A stretch of 64,000 nucleotides of DNA from Raillietiella orientalis (Eukaryota): contig JAYWIR010000016.1 in assembly GCA_036172245.1 (NCBI GenBank), forward strand, positions 3,658,001 to 3,722,000. The letters run 5' to 3'. The translations under genes and the position numbers were made by a program. Of this stretch, positions 54,110 to 64,000 are shown one piece after another. A model generated the notes under the pieces. The model worked only from the letters and a program-made list of their open reading frames with translations, was not told where the DNA came from and made no database searches. Position 1 is the stretch's first letter; each line of letters opens with the position of its first letter.

Positions 54110-54963
54110 TCATTGTTGTGGTTGCAGTGATGTTATATGAAGTTGACTCAGGAGACTATCATATTGCCCATTCTGAACCTATGAAAAGAGAAGTATATGA
54201 TGATGTAAATACTTCTCTACCGCTTTTTGCTCCAGCATAAGTTCCTTAAATTTGAGAAAATCCGTAAGAGTATCTAACATCTCGAAAATATCCCCTTCCA
54301 AATGGGATCCCCGTTTGCTAAAATAAATATTTGTGAAATACAAACACCATTCCATCTTAAATATATTCTTACATTAATTGCTGCATAAATTCCTCAATTT
54401 GGAAACCTGGTATTCGTTTGCACAATTCATCTGTCAGATATTGTTCTAGCATGTTAGTCTACAAAGATATGAGAAAATCGTAAATGTATGTACTCACGTA
54501 TTGTGCAAACAATTCCATGTATTCTTGTTTGTTTTCTTCGGCATGATCGAACTTTTGGCAGTGTTCTATCAAGAACTGCTGTTGAAGATTCCAGAAACTC
54601 GATTCTGGTAAATGTCAGAATATATCACTCCACATGATTTCTCACCTATTACGATGTCTTCGATGCGACCAATAACAGTATCAAATTCATCGGCTTCGGC
54701 TTCAACATCGATTGAGCTGTCACTGTCACTGTGGGAAAGGTCACACCCTGGAAATATAAAATTACGATAGCATCGACATAAGAAACTTCAAGTTTGCAAG
54801 CACACCAAGGCCTTTTAATATTTATCTGTAAGACGGTTTTATTATCACTTATATTTCGAACACAGATTGCACGCTGCATAAGCTTTTCGTTGAATATTGT
54901 TGTAACACATTGCAATTACAATATGAAATTAAGAAATACAAACTAACTATCATTTCCCGTCAT
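54110..54963 (-). CDS. ARL2BP: ADP-ribosylation factor-like 2 binding protein (BART), ~158 aa, 6 coding exons
   Basis: Exons 5'->3': 54963-54948 (tentative start, MTGND), 54747-54646, 54604-54498, 54458-54373, 54317-54221, 54178-54110; 477 nt. The product EFDTVIGRIEDIVIESSFWNLQQQF..FDHAEENKQEYMELFAQY..LEQYL..RIPGF..EGDIFEMLDTLTDFLKFKELML matches the BART domain pattern. Missed by the ORF track because all exons are short. Confidence 0.93.
54322..54327 (+). promoter_or_regulatory. Candidate poly(A) signal of Nup93
   Basis: First AATAAA after the Nup93 stop; it lies antisense within the 3' end of ARL2BP intron 54318-54372. Confidence 0.55.
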
Positions 54964-56773
54964 ATCAATTTCCTATTTTTAAAAGTTTGGGATGGACAGC
55001 ACTTTTGAAAACCAGAAAAGTAAAAATCAATAACAGTGGTACCAACAGATGACAATAATGAAACCTACTTAATAGAACGGATTTTGGAATTCCTCCTTAC
55101 CTACTATATCCTATAATTGCACAGCAAGATATAGTAGGCAAGGCCATATCTTATTATGCAGTTATTGACTAGTAGCAGAAATAAATCCAAAGAATTCAGT
55201 CAATCCATTGCTCAATTAATAATAATAATTCATATGAATACAGGTTATAATTGGCTACATGTTTTTGATATATGGATTCGGAAAAACGCATGTTGCTGAG
55301 AATCAAAATTAGTGGATCCAAACCACATATGTCAATGTAAGAAGGTAGATACTGTGTTAGAAAAAAGATTCAAAATACAAGTTGCGTTGAAAAAATTAAG
55401 GAAAAAATTCATAATTCAGGAAAAGTTCGAATTACTATTTCTTGCTGGGTTCACGCAAATAATAGTCTATGGATTAAATTATTTCACAAATTTTAACACA
55501 TAAAGGTTTAATTTTTCAAACAAATGAAAGTGACAATTAGAACTTGAAATTAATGAAGGTCTGGATTCAGAGTCAAAACACAATGGAACATGATGAAATC
55601 AGGAAAGGAAAGAAGCTTCAAACTGTATTGGTGTTCAAAACTGAACACTGGAAAGTCATCTATAATGCACGCAATAATTAAAAGAACCGTTACCCATTCG
55701 AGTAGATCAACATGAGTTTTCTGGATTAATGAACGACGAAGAGCAACCATGCATGATTATGCTAAAATGGAAAGAGAAATTGTCCCGAGATTGGAGGAGT
55801 CTCTTGATAATCATACTATACCAAAGATCCTGATGAAATATGATTTCCCTAATGAGTCTCTGAAAGATTAATATAACTTTCATACTTCTGGATGAAATCG
55901 AACTTTTTTTAATCTTAGAAGATGAAGGTTTTCGATAGCAAATTCATGAAAATGATCTGTTACCATTAATTAATTGATTACCAAACAAGAACAGCTTTTC
56001 TTTATAATTATCCCGAAGCATATAGAAAATTTGGAAACTATGTAAGAATAAATCTAGGCATTAATACATAAGCAGAGTTGAACGTAGCATTTAGGTGGTA
56101 TTGTATATAGGCTCTTAGACACAACTAACAAAAAATCGAAGTCAGTCGACGTTGCTGAAAATTCGAGATCAAGGTTGAACTAACTTTCTATATTCTATAT
56201 CAGAAAACAGCCTTATATGAAATATTTGCAGAGATTTTCAACTATCTTTCATGTTTTTTTTTTTCTCTTTTAAATCCACATTCGCAAAGACAGTTGAGCA
56301 CATTGCACGCAATCTTTGGTTGTTATTTCAAATTGTAGGTCAATGTCTCGATTAGGTTGTCGCCGGTTAACTTTATTATGTGTCGTTGAGTTTTGTTGCG
56401 AGCTTTCAGAGATTCTGGTGATGACTACAATTTTAAAATTTGAAAATGTACCCATCCATCGAAATTTTTTAAGGGAAAACTTGATCATGCTCTGAGAACT
56501 ATCATTTCATAGAGGTGTAGTTGAAAATGTTAAAGGAAGCGGAAATTTACATAGCTGAATTTTAAGGTAAAAAATGTAATTAACAGCATTTTTGAGCATT
56601 ACATTCATTGGTGTTAAGCGCATGTAGTACGACTACAAGAGTTTTGTAATGTCATGAAGTATGCCTCTGTAACAGTTAGGTTTAAGTGGATTGATCTCTT
56701 ATAAACATCTGATTGTTTCATGTGCACAGTACAAATTTCCAGGAATTTTTTGGACCCACTACTTGACAGGCAA

Positions 56774-58754
56774 ATGGAGAATGAACATCGTCCATATAAG
56801 GCAACAGAAATGGTTTGTAATTTTGATTCATTGTCTGGGAATTCTTTTATCAAACATAATAAATAGAGAATCATTCATAAATGTAGCAACAATAATAATC
56901 AGAATTTTCTTCTTAAAATAAAAAAAAATATCACACTTCAATGTTTTCAGTGGATGTCAATGATCAAAGCTTTCAGAACAGGAATTCCCCAGAGAACTCA
57001 CAGATTTCATATGCGACACTATGAGAATTGCTTTTCTGGAAAAGAAGCTGTTCAGTGGCTCCATACATGGTTAAAACATAATTCAGCTTTTGGAAAGGAT
57101 ATAACAAGGAATCAAACAGTTTTATTACTTAGAAAACTGCTTAAAGCTGGTGTGCTGGAAGAAGTAACTAGGAAAAAAGGAAAAGCCATGAGGGAATTCA
57201 GAGAAAATGGGATGTTGTACAGGTAGAAGGCTTTTCCATGTTCTGTTTCACTACTGGCAAACATATTTTGATTTCTAAAATGGACCTTGAAATGAAGCTT
57301 TTCAGGATTTCAAAAAATATCCCCCAAAATGTGATTCCAACCTCCAGATATAATCCTCCTTCTGTGAAATCTGATTATTCGTCTGTCAAGGCTGATGATA
57401 ATAGAGTGGACTACAATGCAAGTGATGAATCAAAACCAAAAAATTTCAGTTTTTTCAAGTCTGATTCAGAAAACTTTTTAAAAGAAAGAATTCTGGAAAG
57501 GTAGATCAGGACTGCACATCTGAATGCAGTGACAATTACAGTCTACTCCAGACTTAAGAAGCTACTCCCATGTGATAGAGAATTTGCTCAATGGAACTTG
57601 GAATGCATAAGTAATGAACAAATCACGTCCAACATGACATCCCAACATTTTGATTCATGTCAGGAAGTTCCCAGCTGGCTGCGAGCAGCCATGCAATGTT
57701 TGATTTTGTGTAAGATCGCTAATGAGCAATAAATGTAAAGCTTGCATCAGGGCCTGCTGCAGGAGAGGGGCTTCCAGCCTATTCTGGTTTTGAAATGGAC
57801 GTGCTTAAGACAGTACTTCAGTTTTTCCAAAGTCTCCCAAGCCCAATACTTCCTGAAAATATGATGCCAGCCTTCGTAACTGCCATCTCACAACTGGAAG
57901 CATGTGACTGTCTAGATTCCAGGTTGTACCTTGCAAGATTGGATCAAGGAAGTTGGGATTTTCTCTTAGAAAAGAAATTATGAAGCAGACCACAGGCAAA
58001 GCAATTAACCATTTGTCAGAACAAACAGGCTTACTATCACCAAGCAAAGATATAAAGCAGCAAGATTTTTCCACCAATCCCATAGTTTGGGGAAGGTAGT
58101 CTAGCAAGAATCTTATAATGAATGACTTGGAAACAATGCTCTTTACAAAGTGCCTGCCAGAAGTGCAAGCCTGTGTGTCATGTCAGTGATGTTGTGGAAA
58201 GTTTACAGCTGTTATGCTTGCTTCTTCCCCTTCAGAATCGTCTGTTGCTTAGAATGTTGTTGCGGATGATGGTTGCTGTGAGCACCAATTTACAGTTAAG
58301 ACTGAGCAGCAATGTGACAAATAAGTCAAAGGTAACTTGTAGAGTGCAGTTTCATTTGAAAACATTGAGTTTAGTTGATTGAAGATCTCCAAGATTGTAT
58401 TTTGCCATCTCAATCAGTGGAACCACTGATGGCAAGTAAAATCATCTCATCACTCATGGCCCAGAATGAATTAATATTTCTTGCACCCTCATGGTTATTG
58501 AACATGATGGAATGCCCTCCACAATTTGCTCAACAGATCTCTGTCCAGCAGTATGAGAAACAGAAAAAAAAATATAGCCATGGAGCTCTCCTACATTTGC
58601 TGGATGCAATACTTGCAGATAAGAATATCTCTGGTGCCAAAAAGCAGAGTCAACTTCGATTGGTTCGTACCAGTTTTGCTGTTTTGTCAGTATCTGTTCT
58701 TAGTTTCAGAAAGCTCATCCTGCTGTCTATAATCTGAAATTCAGTCAGTCATAA
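56774..58754 (+). CDS. DEPDC1: DEP domain-containing protein 1-like (DEP + RhoGAP-like), 9 exons, 493 aa
   Basis: Exons 56774-56812, 56951-57222, 57306-57500, 57552-57709, 57751-57922, 57970-58095, 58151-58331, 58375-58662, 58704-58754 (1482 nt). Motifs: PYKATEMW, YENCFSGKEAVQWL..FGKDITRNQTVLLL (DEP), PSWLRAAMQCL..WP..YSGFEMDV, LQLLCLLLPLQNR, FQKAHPAVY. The specific paralog (DEPDC1/1B) cannot be assigned. Confidence 0.9.
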
Positions 58755-58909
58755 AGTTCATTGTGCACCTGCTCTACAGAAGCTGTTATGATTGTGTCCA
58801 ACTACTACACTGGAAGTTTCCATTTTGAAAAGTCTATACCCACAACATGACTGACAAATACTTGCTGTAATTATATTATGACCAGGTGTGTAAAGTTAAG
58901 TGGTATTTA

Positions 58910-58915
58910 AATAAA
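58910..58915 (+). promoter_or_regulatory. Candidate poly(A) signal of the DEPDC1-like gene
   Basis: AATAAA 155 nt after the stop, followed by a GT-rich tract. Confidence 0.65.
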
Positions 58916-61409
58916 GTGTGTGTAAATATATGTGTATGACCTCACTGCAAATGTAATGGGATGTGCATTTGTTTCAAGCAAAATAGTCTGTCAGTTAAAA
59001 AAGGCAGAAAGTGCTCCATTCCATCATGAGCTATTTGTTGGTTCTGCATACACCAAACCCTTGATGTGTAAGGGTGTGAAGTTGTGTGATGTATTGTAAA
59101 CCCAGCTGTTATGCAAAAAGAGACATACACCAAGATACTGAAGTTCCCTTGCCATGCTAGAACCTCCAGAACATTTTAGAGCTTCTGGCAATAACTGATT
59201 TCCGAGCATGCCCACCCTAGAATGGCAGAGCCATTCTCATCTTCCTTGCTAACGGATATTCCATCAAATCAAAGATAGGAATAACAGTTTTTCAAGAAAT
59301 CCGCCTTGTGAAACCTAACAGACGCACGACTTTCACTGCACTTCTAAGCACTGATTTGGGATTTTATTACCTATCGTCACAGGGGTTAAAGAAAAATGGA
59401 GTTTAGAAATCAAAGCAGAGTACTACGAATAAAACGCAAGGACAAAAATTTCTCTCACCATCCATAAGAAAAGCCATTGAATTGATCGAAGGATCTTTCA
59501 CAACAATATTCTTAAAGTAAAGCCACTTTATGCCAAAGACTGCTAAGCAAAACCATGGGAGAGGCGTCTCGTCTTCGGATAGAACGCTTGCCGTGGTTAC
59601 TCGTCGCTTCTGCAATTTGTAATCTTTATGCCCCTCGCATGTAATATCACAAAAAGCGGCCTAAGAATAGTCTTATCAGTACTACCGGGCAAAAACTGTA
59701 CCAATAGCACAGTACAGTAAAATGAGGGCGGTTGAAAACCGGAGCCGATCCTTTTTTCTTCCAGGAGAAATGATTTGAGATTTGCAGATTGAGGGCATCC
59801 ACTCCTTCACTTTCAGTTCGAACGTTCACCTCGTAAAGGAAACGAAATCTTTGCCCGGTACATTTCGGTTGTAAAGCTTATTACAGCAACATTACTCTTC
59901 CTTAAAATCCAGGCATTTATGGAAAATAGCGCGTGTGCTCTGCCACGCTAACTTTAACTTAACGAAACAGAAGGCGTTGTGCCGATTTATGCGAGCTCAG
60001 TCCACATCCTTCTTCCTGGAGCACAGAAAAGAAGTAAACATACAGATTATTTTCAGGAACAAAGTGGACTGGTCCACGGACGAATCAGTGCATGCATACT
60101 TCTGCTCCACAGACCAAACAAAACTATCGTTTTAGCTGCTATTGAAGAAAACTTTCGAAAAGTGTTGGAAAATTTTCACCAGCCCCAACGGCTTGTCGTT
60201 GGGCGAAAGTGAGGTTTTGGTAGAGTTCACCTCCTGAAACTTTTAAAAGTCCCGAAAATCGAGCACCTTGAAGCAAGTTTGTTGCTAAAGATCATTGAGG
60301 TAAGGTTTTGAAAAGTCAGATTTTAGCTGAAAGCAGCAATAGGATTCAGAGTTATCAGACATTGCAAACATTCCGTTCTTTTTTTTTTTTTCTCTCCAGG
60401 GGCTGGCCACTGAATCTTTGCTAAACCGGGGAATTTTTTATTTCTCCCTTTGTCTGTCATTTCTTTCTTCGCTTCCTTGAGATTCAAATACATATCTTAG
60501 TAAAAATAACAAGTGACCGTCACTCAGTGGAAGAAATGATTTTTTTCTGGAATTCACCCCGAGAATTCACCATCCTCTTGAAAAATTTCATGGATTTTTT
60601 TTTTTTTTCTTTCTCTCAAAGGCATCGATGATTCTCAGTTGAGTACACGCTGAAGCTCCAGAAAGCAAATGCAGTGTCGAATTCACCTTTCTGATGATGA
60701 GCTCCACCTTATTCTGGAAAATTTTCAGGTGCATGCTCACATGTGACTCGTCAGTCTATCTAACTTCCAAAAAAGCAGAAAAGTTTGCAATGCCCGTTAA
60801 CAAGCGCTTCGGAAGAATTCGGACACTGATCCCATTTCTGAATATTTGGGGGAGACATTGATCCTGATTTCCGTTTCAGCATAAAAGTCCCTCCAAACAT
60901 TTTCATGAGCACGGAGGAGACATTCTGAAGTCCGCAGCCTCATAAATAGTGTTGTTTCAAAGAAAAGTGTGTATCTTGAGAAAAAAATGCAATATCCTTA
61001 CACATATCTTGGGAAAATTATTTCAAAGACCTGAGACAACGGAGCAGCAATAGACAATGGAGCTCTCTAAACGGGACTGTGACCGTATCGAAGACTATCC
61101 ACAATGAACAGCAAAGAATATCCGTCTCTAAAGAAAAAGGATCAGTGGACTCCATCAGCACAGCACGACAAAAAACATGACGCCGTTTCAGACAACAAAT
61201 GAAGTCTGTGCTCCCAAGTCTGTGCTGGAGTCAGAAAGTGACCCATAATATCGTGAGAAGAAAGGACTGCCTCCGGGTACCTTTCCTTCCTCCTCCCCTC
61301 CCATCAAAATCGTCCGGACTCGGGAAGCTTTCACATTCTCTCCGCTGCGGCTTCTCGGACCGAAATGATCAGCAAGAGAGCACGAATGCTAGGTGGGTGA
61401 GACGTTTTT

Positions 61410-61936
61410 GGAGAATGAGTGCGAAGTACTTCGAGAACGAGGAGGCGATGCCCGCGAGGTCTCGCGACTCCTCGCCGGAAGCGGCCCTGCCAAAGCCCGA
61501 TAACCCCTCGTGCATCGACGGATCGCTTCCATGCGAGTCACAACCCGTCGGGATGGATACACTACAGCCGCCTCCTGAACAGGAGGCGGAAATCACAACG
61601 CCATCAACATAAATACATCCATGCGTGGACTCTCCTCTCGCCGGCGGTTTGCGCATAATCTGTTGGAACGTCGTCGGGTTGCGCGACGTCGGCAAGAGGA
61701 GAGAAGTGGCCGCCAGCTTGCGGGACTTCGATCTGGCTCTTCTGCAAGAGGCAGACACACGTGCTCAACGCAGAAGAGGCCCAGGAAATCGAAAGGATCA
61801 CAGGTGGGCGGCTAACATACGAAATCGGGGAAGACCGCACCCGCGATGTGGCTTTCTTGCTGAAGCCAGCCGTCGCTACTGCGCTGCGCGACGTGCACTT
61901 CGACCCTCGACGTTGTCACCCGGTCACGCCGGGGCG
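61410..61936 (+). mobile_element. Non-LTR retrotransposon remnant: probable ORF1 end plus the N-terminus of the APE endonuclease
   Basis: LRIICWNVVGLRDVGKRREV..DFDLALLQE (from 61625) is the WNVxGL..LQE signature of LINE endonucleases. A frameshift follows the QE motif. A Pro/Ser-rich ORF stops at 61612, just upstream. Confidence 0.8.
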
Positions 61937-62850
61937 TTTATTATAAACTGACAACCATTGCAGTATAAGGCCCCGCCGCGGACAACACAGCAAGGGGCCT
62001 GCCGGGTCGTCGGTGCGCAGACCCACCTGACTCTCCACGGCAGTGAAGGGGAATGGGGAGAAAACAAAAAGAAAAATAATGCAAAATTAGAAAAACAATA
62101 GTTCTCTGGAGGGTCGGGAAGGGCTCACTGTCCGCTTGGTGGAGGTTCCATCCTTTGCAGGATGCCAACGAGGTCCTTCTGCCTGTTTCCCAGGTGGGGC
62201 CATCGGGTTGCTATTCGCAAGAAGCAAGCTGCATACTCGATGACGTCCCTATCGTTTGCATCTTCTACTGCGTCGGATCCACTCCAGGCCCCCCACAATA
62301 CCGCAGATGCAGCTGAGCGCTGCCAAGGCTGCGGCTGGCTGCAGGACGTCCCTCACGAAGAGGAGCCGAAAAACGTCTCTGGGAGGGCTGCCCACCGGGA
62401 TCCCGAGGGTCGTCCCGAAACATTCCCAAAGGGGCCGAAGGGCAGGACAGTCAACTATCAGGTGGGGAGGGACTTACTGCCCACTGGGAGGAGGGCCCAT
62501 CCTTCGCAGGATGCCCTCGAGGTCCGTCTGCATCTGCCCCAGTTGGGGCCATCCGGCAGCTCTCCGCATGAACAGCATACTGGATGACGTCCGTCACGTT
62601 GCAATCTTCATCTTCGGCATCACTCCAGGCCGCCACAATACCAAGGATGCAGCAAAGTGCTGCCAAGGCTGCGGCTGGGCTGAGGGCGTCGCGCACGAAG
62701 AGAAGACTGTGAACGTCTCTGGGGTTGCCACCAGCCGGTATACCGAGGGCCGTTCCAAGCCGATCCCAAAGAATCCGGAGGGCTGGGAGGTGGGGGAGGG
62801 ACTCCCCCTCCCCACACCTGGCACACTCAGGGTTTACTCTTACTCAGGGT
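61937..62850 (-). mobile_element. Two tandem antisense LINE ORF2 C-terminal fragments plus 3' UTR
   Basis: The minus strand reads NPECARCGEGESLPHLPALRILWDRLG.., then PHLIVDCPALRPLWECFG.. (split CCHC zinc-finger pattern). These are followed by a T-rich UTR, a GGCC hairpin and AATAAA (61942-61937). The two fragments are diverged direct repeats about 344 bp apart. Confidence 0.72.
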
Positions 62851-64000
62851 CCAGTGGAAGTGGCGCGCGTTGCAGGGTAGACCTCAATGCAGCCACAGAA
62901 GCCAGACAGCCTGAGACCCCTGCTCTTCAGCAGCTACTTTCAGTTGGTGCTGAGAGCATACAGGGACACTCTGGCAATTCTGCTGAGCTCGTGTCCCGGC
63001 ACACATGCCGTGTCGGTTTACGCCGACGACCTTTTACTCCTGCTCCCCGGCTCTACCCCGGCATTGGCACTCGAAGAATTCTTTGAGCTGCTGCTCCGCG
63101 GAACGGACCTCGAGGAGAACAGAGAAAAATCAACGATTGTTCCGACATCACCATTACTATCTTCAAATACGGCGTGGGCCGGACTGGATCCGCTTGGGGA
63201 TCCTCACGGGCAGGTGCTCCAAGTATCTTGGCGTTCCGTTGGGGACTTCTGCGTTGTAGAAGCCTGGTCTGACCGTCTTCAAAAGGTGGAGTTGGCGATC
63301 GGTCCGTTCCGGAACAGGAAGTTTTACTTTCAGGAACGGGCCGCGGTGTGGAACGTGTTTTCGCGGCCCTCCTCCTTCTCCCCTTACTTTTTGTTTGCTT
63401 CGCCCCACCTTTCATAAAGAGATGGACCGAAGCCCTCTTAAGGACTGTCCTTTGGGGCACAGCGAGGTCCCGAGTCCGCTTAAAAGACTTGTGCGCTCCA
63501 CGCAGGGACGGTGGTTTGGGCCTCCTGACGATAAAGCGCATGGAACGACAACTCGACTTCAGGAAGTGCTTATGGATGACGGCTTGGTGAGAACCTTCAC
63601 GTCTTCTCTCCAGCAGAGCGACCGGCTGCCAAGGCTTGGCATCGCTAATGGAGGAGTCCGTCTTCTGCCCACACTGCTGCGCGCTGTCGCTCAAGGACCC
63701 GCCGACGTTCCCGGAGGGATGAGCGAGAGTACCGAAGGTACCCACTTAACACGCTCGCAGCTCGCGAACGCAGCATCAACAACTGTGGCCGTGACCTACT
63801 CCAGATGGTTGCCCTGGTGAGGAAGCATACCTGGATCTCCTGACTTCCCGCGAACTGCACTTCCTGGCTTCAGAAATCAGTTTTCGCGTGGGTCAAGATC
63901 AACGACTCGAGCGATGCAGAGTGCAGCTGCCTCCGTCGAGGTCCCAACGCTCGACAGCCCCTGCAGGAGATAATCAACAACCTGCGGAAGTTTCTGTGGG
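62851..64000 (+). mobile_element. Decayed L1/Tx1-like reverse transcriptase region (frameshifted, runs off the window)
   Basis: PLRPLLF, VSVYADDLLL, NREKS, KYLGVPL, LWG and LCAPRRDGGLGL occur in order across shifting frames. Confidence 0.88.

Noticed and set aside
58940..61200. Possible further gene downstream of the DEPDC1-like gene
   Set aside because: Short ORFs and scattered splice-like sites, but no coherent or recognisable product.

Overview
Eukaryotic nuclear DNA from an invertebrate metazoan, probably an arthropod (inferred from the protein sequences and intron style). I reconstructed five spliced genes by hand, each with GT-AG introns and consistent phase: Tim17 (+), an RluA-family pseudouridine synthase RPUSD2 (-, spanning 21 kb), Nup93 (+), ARL2BP/BART (-, not visible in the ORF track) and a DEPDC1-like DEP/RhoGAP-like gene (+). 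The window alternates between AT-rich compact gene blocks with 39-56 nt introns and a GC/CpG-rich, repeat-laden block (~14.4-43.4 kb). Three observations stand out. (1) Two tail-to-tail gene pairs overlap at their 3' ends; the Nup93 and ARL2BP stop codons are 1 bp apart. (2) A retroposon family is present in three copies: one carries a tRNA-like head, one a poly(A) tail with a 14-bp TSD, and two share a 3' stem-loop that resembles the tail of a LINE in the same window. (3) A decayed L1-clade LINE contains two antisense ORF2 C-terminal fragments. Most long ORFs in the GC-rich block appear spurious. All alignments were done by eye; no database search was run.
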